Positions 52,993 through 64,000 of a stretch of DNA of 64,000 nucleotides are shown piece after piece. Each line of letters starts with the position of its first letter. Within the stretch, counting starts at the first letter, position 1. The stretch covers positions 24,118,001 through 24,182,000 of the forward strand of contig OX597826.1 in assembly GCA_951406725.2 (NCBI GenBank), given 5' to 3'. The notes beneath the pieces are model-generated. The model was given only the letters and a program-made list of their open reading frames with translations, searched no databases and was not told where the DNA came from. The DNA is from Octopus vulgaris (taxonomy: Eukaryota). The position numbers and the translations under genes were made by a program.

Positions 52993-53076
52993 TGGTACAA
53001 TCGTTTCACGCTACATCATTTTATTAAATATTGTAAGTATTACAACAGTTTTAAAATGTTGAGCAATCATCAGCCA
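52993..53076 (-). ncRNA. Hammerhead motif with extended stem II (element ~52860-53128, same family as 61.3 kb)
   Basis: tgg CTGATGA ttgct-[49 nt]-agcgt GAAA cgattg TA cca; the downstream tail aligns with 61875-61960. Confidence 0.6.
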
Positions 53077-53538
53077 TTTATAGAGATTTTCTATTAATAC
53101 ATAATTTTCATATTAATTGATAACATTATATATATATATATCCTTCTCCTCCCCTTCCTTCTTCTCCTCTCCTTCTTTCTCCTCTCCCTCCTCCTCCTCC
53201 CCCTCCCCCTCTCCCCTCCTCTCTTTTATCTCCCCCTCTCTCCCCCACACCACACTACACTACACCATACGACATTACACATCACATCATACATACATAC
53301 ACACGTCCAAACCACCAGCCCTCTTCCACATGCACATACATACTCTCTTATGCACACACGCACCTTCAGGTTGGAGTGAGGTCACTTGACCCTGTTATCT
53401 CCCCTACTATCCCTCTAGCGTCTAACGTCTGACCTCTAACGTTTGACCTCCGATCTCTGACTTCTGAAATCAGAACGCCATGTTGGATCGTTAGCCCCTA
53501 CACGCAATTTTTTTCTCTCCTTGTTTCTTTTCTGTGTA

Positions 53539-53576
53539 TCTTTCTGTCGAAGAGCGTAGGCTCGAAACGTAAAAGA
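53539..53576 (+). ncRNA. Minimal hammerhead-like motif with variant core
   Basis: tcttt CTGTCGA a gagc-gtag-gctc GAAA cg TA aaaga. Stem I tcttt/aaaga, stem II gagc/gctc, palindromic ACGT stem III. Confidence 0.55.
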
Positions 53577-53701
53577 CTTGTTTTATTTCTATTCCTGAGC
53601 GCCATACTAATACATTATTTGTTTGTACTCCACCTGCCTTCGTCTTTTGTTTATTTTCGTAAACCTGCCTTCGTCTTTTGTTTGTTTTCGTAAACCTTCC
53701 G

Positions 53702-53739
<38 letters not shown>

Positions 53740-54211
53740 GACAGGCTTCTTTCAGTTTTTATTTATCAAATCCACTCACTTGGTTGGTCCAAGGCAACAG
53801 TAGAAGATATTTGCCCAAGATGCTACTTATATTTTTATGATGAAATATTATTAGGAATTGTATAAAAATTTGTTGCAATATTTTGTGTATTGTACAAGTA
53901 TAATCCGTTTATTGCACGTAAATTTTAACAAAATCTTAAATGGGCCCCTAAGGGCCATATGAACCATGGTTGAGGACCACTGTTTTATATTCTGTATCAG
54001 TTTCTCTTCGGAGTAGACATTGGGTGTGTCACTGAGAAACTTGCTTCTCCACCATTTAGTTTCAAGTTCAGTCCTACTGTGCAACACTTTGGGGCAAGTG
54101 TCTCTTAACTATAGCTCTGGGCTGACCAAAGCCTAGTAAGTGAATTTGGCAGAAGGAGACCGTGTGATAGTCTGATGTGTGTGTGTATATATATATATAT
54201 ATGTGTGTGTG

Positions 54212-54681
54212 TTTAAATAGAGGTTGAAATAACTACCTTAAGGGATAGAAAGTATCCAATGAATTACTGGTTTGTTACCTATTATTTTGTTGTGAATAAT
54301 AATGTCCTATAGTAATAGATTTAAGTATAAAACTTTGTTCATAAATATTCAAATTAAAATCTAGAATAAGGAGAAGGAGTGTTAGTATAATTTATTAACT
54401 GCAAAAATTCAACATGTTCCTTTACATCTGTTTCAATATTGCCTTAATGAATTAAATTCCAGTAATTAAATCTTTTTTGGGGGGGGTGGGGGAATCTTGT
54501 TATTGGGGTAAAAGTAAAAAAGATATATTGTTAGGTTATTAACATGTAATTTTTCCAAACATCTCAAAAAACTCCTCTGAATAGATTTCCCCCGCAAAAT
54601 GTTTTAATTACTGGAATTTAATTAATTTGGGCAATATTGAAACAACTGTAAGGGAACATGTTGAATTTGTTCAGTTAATAA
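54212..54681. repeat. Older fold-back (arms ~54392-54497 / ~54583-54681) with decayed hammerhead remnant
   Basis: Imperfect inverted arms; GAAAC-aact-GTA and GAAAC-agat-GTA halves present, CUGANGA half degenerate. Confidence 0.55.
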
Positions 54682-55485
54682 GGCGCAGTCTGATCTGGCA
54701 GTGTTTCTACAGCTGGATGCCCTTCCTAATGCCAACCACTCCGTGAGTGTAGTGGGTGCTTTTTACGTGCCACCTGCATAGGTGCCAGATGAGGCTGGCA
54801 AACAGCCACGATCGGATGGTGCTTTTTACATGCCACCGGCATGGGGGCCAGGGACACACGCACGCACACACACACATATATATCTGAGGGGGCACTGAAA
54901 AGTTCCTGGTTTTTTTCCTAGACATGTTGCTTTCATTATACTGAGAAAACATGCTTAGCTTCCAAAGGAGGTTTGTAGTAGCAAACTAAGGCAACTGGAG
55001 CTTCCAACGGAGGCTTGTAGTGACAATCTAAGGTAACTGAAGATAAATATTATCATTGAAGAGCTTTAATTACTAAGGAAGCTCATGATGAAATCCAGAA
55101 AGGCTGGACATGAAGCTTATCATCAGTTTTGTAGGTAGGAGGGAGAGAGCTTAGAGTGATGGAATGAGGTAGTATCTATCAAGTAGGTGGAAGAGGAGGG
55201 TGTTTAGCTGGCAAAGGAAATTGTCTGCATTGGATATAAATTATGCTTTCCGTTTGTTACATGAAGAACTTTCGAAAAGGTTTTTACATATATATATGTG
55301 TTTACGTTCCTGCATTTGTACATGAGTCTCTTTCTGTCAGTTTCTATCTATCTGTCTCCTCCAACACTCTCTTTCTCGCTACATATGTGTGTGTATGTGT
55401 ATCTGTGGGTGCATATAAATGTTTATATATATGTGTATACATACACACACTCACACAATTGAAACCTTTCTGTATGTATATATGT

Positions 55486-55564
<79 letters not shown>

Positions 55565-55678
55565 CATGTATGTATACATATGTATATATTTGTGTCTTTT
55601 AAAAACATGTTTATTATGCGTATGTATGTGTGTATATGTATGTATACAGACATTACATATAATTATGGATGCTCACAT

Positions 55679-55715
<37 letters not shown>

Positions 55716-58125
55716 TCTGCTTCGCTTTTGCCATTTTCGACACAAACAGATGATGATGACAACAACAACAACAAAAACAGTAACGGCAACAACAACAGCA
55801 GCAACTACGAGAGCTGATGTAGGATCTAAACAAACTGTGTGGGTTTACTACAATTGATATCAGTGAGAGGAAGGGAGAGGGAAAGGGTGAGAGAGACAGA
55901 GAAATCAATGAGAAAGTTTCATCAAGAATGTGAGATATTGTTATATGTGGTAATTATGGTGGACCAGATATAGAAACATTGATATGTCCGGAAACCAACT
56001 CTGGAATAAACAGCTATAATAATTAAGGATATTTTTAACCATGTCGCCTGCACGTAGGGCTGGTGTACTTTTGTTATTATGTATTTGGAAATGCCTAACT
56101 TGTTATTCTTTCACCGCTTTCAGTTGTCAATCGTTGGGCTTGTGGCCATGCTGGGGCACCACCTGTAATTATATCAAACCAAGTATTTTCTCCGGTATTA
56201 CATTATATTTTACCTTAGCGATCGTTTTGTTTATCTTCTGTCTTTTACTTGTTGCAGTCATTGGACTGCGACCATGCTGGAGCACCTCCTTCAAGAGTTT
56301 AGTCGAACAAATTGACCCCAGTAGTACTTTTTTTTTTAATCTGGTACTTTTTCTATTACCTTTTATGCCTAACAACCATGTTACAGGATGTAAACAAATG
56401 AACACTGGTTGCCAACCATAAACCCAAAACACATACATACTCACATGTATATATCAATATATACATATGTAAAACAAAATATGTATGTACACACACACAC
56501 ACACACACACAGTAGGTTTCCACAAAGTATTTATCTCCCAAATTCACTCACAAGGCATTGGTTAGCCCTGGGTTAGAATCTTCTTTCAAAATTGCTATTT
56601 TGCATTTCACACATTAACTTGTTTAGGTTGAACTATGTAAAATGTTAGAGAAAGAAACCTGGCCCTTTCTTGCAAAGTTTTTTCATGGACCTATAAGATA
56701 CTATTGTGGATCCCCAATTAACTATTTTGTCGTGTGGACCCCAAATTCTTATATGGACACTCAAGAGCCATATGGGACCCTGGTTGAAAACCGCTGATTT
56801 AATCTGTTACTCAGGCTCTCAACTATGACACTCAACAGACATATGCATTACTGTATCACCTATTTTAACCAAACTATTGGATGTTGTTATACCCCGCTGA
56901 TCACAATATACTTCCAATTTTTTCTCGATTGTACCTTTTCTTTCTCATCTTGGCCGCTATTGTCATGCAGGCCTTCCAAGTGGCCATTTCTGATCCCTTT
57001 TATTCATGAATGTTATACAAACCCTGAATAGAAGGACAACCATTGTTAGTTTCAAATCCAAGTGAAAGAATGGATTATTTTCAGGTTGCATGGGTGCCAT
57101 CCATGGTTTAAAGCAATTAAAAAAACAAGGACTAACTGATCTGGTGTCTATCTATCTATCTCTCTATTTACTTGTCTATTATTTATCCATCCATCTAATA
57201 TTACATGATCAACAAGACTATCAGATGTTGTTACACATCACTGATCACAATGTGCTTTGCATCATTTTAGTTTTGAAATGATGCCACTTTGCTGTACTCA
57301 TACACACACATATGCATACATATTAATATTTTGATATGTTATTCTTTTACTAGTTTCAGCTCAAGATCTGTGGCTATGCTAGGGCACCCCTATTATGAGG
57401 CATTTCATTGTAAGATTTTGTGAATCAAGTATCTTGTTTTGGGGGGTTTTTTCTTTCAGTTTTTCAGTGTCATTTTACAGAAGTAAAAAAAAAAACATCA
57501 TAAAACACAAACATCTAACAACTACAAATAACATACAAGAATAGTGGAACCTAGAAACTATGTAGGTGGTGATGGTAGGGGGAAATGAGGTAGCAACCAC
57601 CCACCCGGCATCCATCCTTCCTGTACACACACACACACACACCCATTTGATACTAACTACAATTTAAAAACAGGGAAATTGTGTCAAGTTTGTGTGTGTG
57701 TGTATCTATGTCAAATGATAATAAATAACATTAACCAAATAGGTGCTTTGAACTAGAATGAGCAGGTGTTACCAGTGCCATTGTTCTTTGCCACCTTCTA
57801 TTTCACTTTAATTCATTCAGTGGGTGGGGATGATGATGATGGGTGTTGTTGTGGTCCTTATTATGGTAATGGGCGAGGTTTCATTCATTCATTCATACCT
57901 CTATAAAGAGAATGACTGAAACATTTACCCCACATTTTGGCTTATTTATTTAGGTTTTTAACAACTCAAGACCCATTATAAAATAAATAAGCAAACCAGA
58001 AAAAATAATAATGTTTCGGCGGGGGGGGGGGGGCGGTCAAGGGAGAAGTTATTAATTGTTGCTTGTACATTGTTGTGTTTCAGCAAATTCTATTTTTTCT
58101 TTATAAATGAGGAAAAAAATACAAC

Positions 58126-58640
58126 CGCAGGAGTGGCTGTGTGGTAAGTAGCTTGCTAACCAACCACATGGTTCCGGGTTCAGTCCCACTGCGTGGCATC
58201 TTGGGCAAGTGTCTTCTGCTATAGCCCCGGGCCGACCAATGCCTTGTGAGTGGATTTGGTAGACGGAATCTGAAAGAAGCCTGTCGTATATATGTATATA
58301 TATATATATATATGTGTTTGTTTGTGTGTCTGTGTTTGTTCCCCTAGCATTGCTTGACAACCGATGCTTACCACACAGCCACTCCTGCGCCATTCGTTGT
58401 ATTTTTTTCCTCATTTATAAAGAAAAAATAGAATTTGCTGAAACACAACAATGTACAAGCAACAATTAATAACTTCTCCCCTGACCGCCCCCCCCCCCGC
58501 CGAACTTAGCGGTTCGGCAAAAAAGAGACCGATAGAATAAGTACTGGGCTTACAAAGAATAAGTCCCGGGGTCGAGTTGCTCGATTAAAGGCAGTGCTCC
58601 AGCATGGCCGCAGTCAAATGACTGAAACAAGTAAAAGAGA
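58126..58640 (+). mobile_element. Young SINE family A copy carrying an inverted 138-bp templated insertion
   Basis: CpG-retaining consensus match; 58367-58504 is the reverse complement of 58015-58148. Confidence 0.85.
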
Positions 58641-59025
58641 AAAAGAGAGAAAAAAAGAGAATAATAATAATAAAAGCGAAAATGTAGCAGTCCTTAGGGG
58701 TTTCTGGGTCTGTTCCTTTATCTAATTTTTTTTTTAAACAGTTCTAAATTTGGCCATGTAAAACATTTTACAAGCATTCAAGTGAACAAAATAAATCCAT
58801 TTGTTTATTATTATTATTATTATTATTATTAAAGGCAGCGAGCTTGCAGAATTGTTAACATGCTGGGTGAAATGCTTAGCAGTATTTCATCTGCCACTAT
58901 GTTCAAGTTCAAATTCTGCTTGAGGTTGACTTTGCCTTTCATCCTTTCAGGGTCAATAAATTAAGTACCAGTGAAACACTGGGGTTGATGTAATTTCAAG
59001 CCTTGTGCCTAAAATAGAAAGGCTA

Positions 59026-59068
<43 letters not shown>

Positions 59069-61197
59069 CCTCAACCTTAGCAAAGGTGGAGGTATTGTTT
59101 TCAGTCATATTTGTTTGTTTGTTTGTTTGTTTGTTTGTCCATGGACAAGATATCTCAAGAACCACATGACTAGCATGAACTGATTAGATTTGGGGATTGA
59201 TCCAGTACCAAATTATTTTTGGTTTTTTTCTTTTATTTAATTTCTGAGAATGGTTCGTTTCATTTTTAGTATTCTCATTTGTGAGAGCAGTCGAGTTTAT
59301 TTCAGATATTCTCATTTTAAAAATCATCTCTGGCTAATCATTGAGAGGACATTGGTGTTGCCTTGGTGGAGGTTTGTGCTCACTGAGCACAAACGTCTTA
59401 TTATTAAGTACTATTGAAACACTGGGGTTGATAAAATCAACTAGTTCCCTCCTCAAAAATTTCAGGCCTTGTGCCTATAGTAGAAAGGATTATTATTATT
59501 ATTATTATTATCATTATAAGGCAGTGAGCTGGTAGAACCATTAGCATGCTAGTCAAAATGCTAAGTGGCATTTTGTCCGCCTTAACGTTGTTCAAATGCT
59601 GCCGAAATTGACTTTGCCTTATATCCTTTCTGGGTCAATACAATTAGTCCCAGTTGAGTCCTGTAGTTAGTTGATGTTATCAACTTACCCTTAAAAAACT
59701 GCTGGCCTTGTGCCAAAATTTGAAATTATTAAGGCAGTGAGCTGGCAGGATTGTTAGCACATTGTGCCAAATGCTTAGTGGCATTTCATCTGTCTTTTCG
59801 TTCCGAGTTCAAATTCCGTCAAGGTCGACTTTGTCATTCTTTCTTTTTAGTATCAATAAATTAAGTACCAGTGAAACACTGAGGTTGATGTAATCTCCAA
59901 AATTTCAAGTCTTTTGCATTTAGTAGAAAGGATTATTATTAAATTCTTGTTACTAAACCCTTTCGTCTCAGTTCATTTTCCCATCTGATCATCCGATCCA
60001 CTGTCTAATCATGACGAACTTGCTTCACACTGTCCCACTCCACAACAACCTCTTTCATAGCGTCCTCCTTCCACTTCTATGTCTCAAGTCTTGATTTAAT
60101 GACCAGAAGCACAATCACAACTTGAACCTGCTGACATTACAGATGTATACCCCACCGATTTTGCATCCTCATAACTGTTTGAAACTTGGATATTAAAAAA
60201 TAAAATTTTCAACAAATACGTTTCGGATACTGCATTATTTATTATTATTATTATTAGTAGTAGTAGTAGTAGTAGTAGTGGTAGTGGTAGTAGTGTGGGC
60301 ATGCAGTGTAGCAGCGCATCGCTGCATCCACCATTTGTTGGTGATATCCTATGCCTGGCAGATGACATCTTTGCACCACTCAGGTGACAACCGTCCAACC
60401 CATGGGTCTGTTTTGGGGTCGTTGCTGTTGAGTCGAGGGTTTTAAAAGATCGGAGTGCAAATCTTATCTCAACTTCTTTTAAGTCGCTATTTACGACATA
60501 CAACACTAGAGCAATGTGAAATTAATTATTTTGCCGAAGACACCACCCAGTCAAGAAATCGAACCCACCATCTGGCGATCGTGAGTGTAATACCCTAACC
60601 ACTAGGCCACGCACTTAATGGTTAGGATCATACACTAACATAATCTACAGATGTTGTATCAGAATTTGAAGGGGCAAAAACATTGGGTGAGAGGGGCGGA
60701 TAATTCACCTACCTCGTCAAAACGTATGAGGAAACAAAAGTCAAGCTGAGTGATTTAACCCAACCCAACCCCATTTTTTTTCTTTATTTTAATCACATCA
60801 GATTCTGACATAATCGCAATCGACACCATCTGAAATGTATTTGTATTAAATCTTATTAAAAATTATCCAGTTTTCGGAAAGTTGTGGGGAAACAAACCAT
60901 GGCGTGGGAATTCTGAAACTTTTTTTTATAATAAATTCTGATATGACCCTTACGTACGCCATCTAAAATGTATTTAACGTTTACCGTTTGTTTCAGTCAT
61001 TTGACTGTGGCCATGCTGGGGCACAGCCTTAAAGGGTTTTAGTCGAATGAATCGACCCCAGGACTTACTGTTTTTCAACCTGTTACTTGTTCTATCGGTC
61101 TCTTTTGCTGAACCGCTAAGGTACGGAGACATAAACCCATCAGTACCTGTTGTCAAGCGGTGGTAAACACTGACACAAAGACACACACATAGATATC

Positions 61198-61282
<85 letters not shown>

Positions 61283-61283
<1 letters not shown>

Positions 61284-61988
61284 CAAGAAAAAAGCAACAA
61301 GAATGGATTAGTTTTTCAGTACAATTGTTTCATACGAAGAACAGCTTTATTAAAAGCTGCAAATATTGCAGCAAATACAAGTGTCCCGTACTCATCAGCC
61401 AAAACACATATGAGTTCTCCAAGCATCCTAGGGGGGTGAGGCTACAGTTATGAAGTATCGAAGATAGTTCTATAAAAAGCAAATTTAGATTGTAAGCAGA
61501 CTTCCAAAGTTCTCTAATGATCCACAGTCTTATAACAAGCTTTAAAAAAGCTTGTTAGCTTCACAGAAAAGGTAAATCCATCCATAATGTAGGTGCAATT
61601 ACCGGAGATATGAGGAGATATTTCATACTCACAGACGATGAATCCATCCATGATTAATCCATAATAAGGTGGGTATAATTTCCTGATATATGATAAGATA
61701 CTTGTCACACTTCTGTTCAATTCACAAAACTGCTATGTTAGAATTATAATGGCTGAAGGAATTATGTGGAGCATTGAAAAACCGCCCGCAATATTTGCAG
61801 CTTTTAATAAAGCTGTTCTTCGTATGAAACAATTGTACTGAAAAACTAATCCATTCTTGTTGCTTTTTTCTTGTCACCCCACATTATTTTATGGTTAATA
61901 CCATATAGATTTCTGGTGCATCTAAGTTAAGTACCGCATTCATGTGAATTCAATAGAACTCACTTGAATCTTAATTGCTTTTACTACA
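61283..61988. mobile_element. Fold-back element (arms 61283-61369 / 61788-61874, tail to 61988) with hammerhead
   Basis: 87-bp inverted arms with no mismatch seen; (TA)n flanks. Confidence 0.85.
61313..61404 (-). ncRNA. Type I hammerhead ribozyme motif with 50-nt branched stem II extension
   Basis: ttttgg CTGATGA gtacg-[50 nt]-cgtat GAAA caattg TA ctgaaa. Perfect core, palindromic ACAATTGT stem III, GUA site. Confidence 0.75.
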
Positions 61989-62858
61989 TATATATATATT
62001 TTTATATATATATATACTTGACGGGCTTCTTTCAGTTTCCGTCTACTGAATCCACTCACAAGGCTTTGGTTGGCCCAGTGCTATAGTAGAAGACACTTGT
62101 TCAAGGTGCCACACAGTGGAACTGAATCCAGAACCATGTGGTTGAGGAGCAAGCTTCTTACCACAGAGCCACGCCAGCGCCTTCTGGAAAACACTAGCAA
62201 AATATGTGCAATTTTCAGAAAGTTATAAAGAAACAAAGTTGGTGAGAGGCTTCTATTCTAACCCATATCTATACAACCATGAAGTATATATACCCCATGG
62301 CTTAGGATATATATATATATATATATATCATCATCATCATCATCATCATCATCGTTTAACGTCCGTTTTCCGCGCTAGCACGGGTTGGACGGTTTCGACT
62401 GGGGTCTGGGGAGCTCGGGACTGCCCCAGGCTCCAGTCTAGTCTGGCAGTGTTTCTACAGCTGGATGCCCTTCCTAACGCCAACCACTCCGCGAGTGTAG
62501 TGGGTGTTTTTTACGTGCCACCTGCACAGGTGCCAGAGGGGTCTGGCATCGGCCACGTTCGGATGGTGCTTTTTATGTGGGGGGGGTGCAGAAATATAGG
62601 GGAGCACCAGTGGGGAGGGGTGGTTCAGAGAAATGATGACAGGTTCTAGGCAAGTAGAACGTAGGATATCGAGAGAGGGGTAATGCATGGTGAAATAGCG
62701 TATTGAAGAGGGGGGTTCGAAGAGTAGACACCTATAATGGTGGTGGGAGAAGCGACATCCGGTATAGATGGAGCAAAATATAGAGATATCCGGTATTGGT
62801 GGTGGGCAGGGCGGGTGCACCGCGAAGATACGAAGTTTGATTTTAGACGAATGAAGAT

Positions 62859-62901
<43 letters not shown>

Positions 62902-63332
62902 CTGTCGATCTTGCCTTTCTGTACATAAACAACTTGACTGGTTGTCACTTTTAATTGTATGCAAAACCATACAAAAATGATAACGATCTTCACTCCTCAT
63001 TAACTTTTCCCACTCAGCTGAGATACTTCACACCACACTTTCATTTGAGATCCTATCTAATTGTTTCGGAAACTTTCACCCACCCAATATGTAGCAATTA
63101 TGTGCTGTGTCCGCTCTCATTTTCTCTCGCAATCATTGACTAAAATCGTTCATTCACCTTTCGGCTTACTGATAGCCTGTCTTTATGAATTGTAGTGGTT
63201 CCCCCATCGCTATTGACTATCAGTATTTTCAGTCGTTCTCGCTGTACTTCTTTGAATCACAACATGGCAAACAAAGTATTGCTGTGCGTATCTATATGCA
63301 TGGATATGTATACACATATATACAGATAATAA

Positions 63333-63362
63333 CTAGCAGAGATACCCGGCCTTGCTCGGGGT
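63333..63362 (-). mobile_element. Helitron 3'-end remnant
   Basis: cccgagcaaggccggg hairpin followed by tatctctgCTAG|T on the minus strand, similar to 4908-4935. Confidence 0.55.
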
Positions 63363-63384
63363 TAAAATGGCATAGATTTTTATT

Positions 63385-63666
63385 GCTTTACTTGTTTCTG
63401 TCATGTGATTGAGGCCATGCTGGAGCACCGCTGTTGGTCAAAGAAATCAACCACAGGATTTATTCTTTGTAAGCCTAGTACTGATTCTGTCAGAGTCTTT
63501 TTACCAAACCGCTTAAGTTACAGGAATGTAAACACATTAGTTGTCAAGCAGTGGTGGGGGTACAAGCACAAGACACAGGCACACACATACACTTATATAC
63601 GACAGTCTTCTTTCAGTTTCCGAGTACGAAATCCACTCGCAAGGTTTTGGTCGGCCTGAGGCTATA
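63385..63666 (-). mobile_element. SINE family A, cut at a TA run by the right-edge fold-back
   Basis: Matches the consensus up to ggctata. Confidence 0.75.
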
Positions 63667-63773
63667 TATATATATATATGCTTTCGGTGCGAATAGCTTA
63701 ATTATACGGTGCTGTATTTTACAATCCTATAAATAATAATAATGGTATTTTTATACAAACTTAAAGCTTATGC

Positions 63774-64000
63774 CGTTCACCATGCAATGACTAAGGAAAA
63801 TAGTCTAATAACGGGGCATATAAGCCCTCGACAGAAAAAAAGAAGGCTTTTCCATCCGCGTAGGGCGCGAACCCACACCCCTTTGTTAACATGACTAAGT
63901 GTGTTACCTTTACACACGGATGGGAAAGCCTTCTTTTTTCTGTCGAGGGCTTATATGCCCCGTTATTAGACTATTTTCCTTAGTCATTGCAAGGTGAACG
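63774..64000. repeat. Long hairpin element, ~78-bp outer arms (may extend beyond the window)
   Basis: 63774-63851 is the near-perfect reverse complement of 63924-64000. Confidence 0.85.
63852..63923 (-). pseudogene. 72-nt tRNA-like cloverleaf (non-canonical) forming the cap of the hairpin
   Basis: Acceptor ccatccg/cggatgg, D arm gtgt-aaaggta-acac, T arm gtggg-ttcgcgc-cctac; T7 run 10 nt downstream. Confidence 0.5.

Larger units (their letters stand above)
60985..62180 (-). mobile_element. SINE family A copy split at its internal microsatellite by the 61.3-kb element
   Basis: 3' half 60985-61200; 5' half 62020-62180. Confidence 0.8.

Noticed and set aside
60096-60190. Possible minus-strand exon after tttcaaacag
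   Set aside because: All frames stop within ~26 codons and no homology is recognisable.
63940-63965. CTGTCGA gggc-ttatat-gccc as a hammerhead
   Set aside because: No GAAA after the stem and no stem I/III; only a small hairpin.

Overview
AT-rich, microsatellite-dense animal non-coding DNA. The SINE families suggest an octopus/cephalopod genome (inference). I found no host protein-coding exon, and most of the ORF track is translated simple repeat or SINE sequence. The window is a nest of mobile DNA: four dispersed SINE-like families, a decayed 2.6 kb RTE-type LINE, a younger RTE 3' fragment, and a HERO/R2-group endonuclease ORF at the left edge that the ORF track missed. It also holds a full-length decayed Tc1, mariner/Tigger/CR1 fragments, a non-autonomous Helitron, and hAT-, piggyBac- and mariner-type MITEs. 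The most interesting signal is a set of about 13 inserts, mostly fold-backs, sitting in or next to (TA)n runs, typically with the layout (TA)n - short inverted arm - long arm + unique tail - (TA)n. Seven of them carry recognisable type I hammerhead-ribozyme motifs (intact, variant or decayed). Several have unusually long, branched stem II extensions (50-85 nt) or a variant core. This fits non-autonomous Penelope-like/retrozyme-type elements. Also notable are a tRNA-like cloverleaf capping a long hairpin at the right edge and several local templated inverted duplications.
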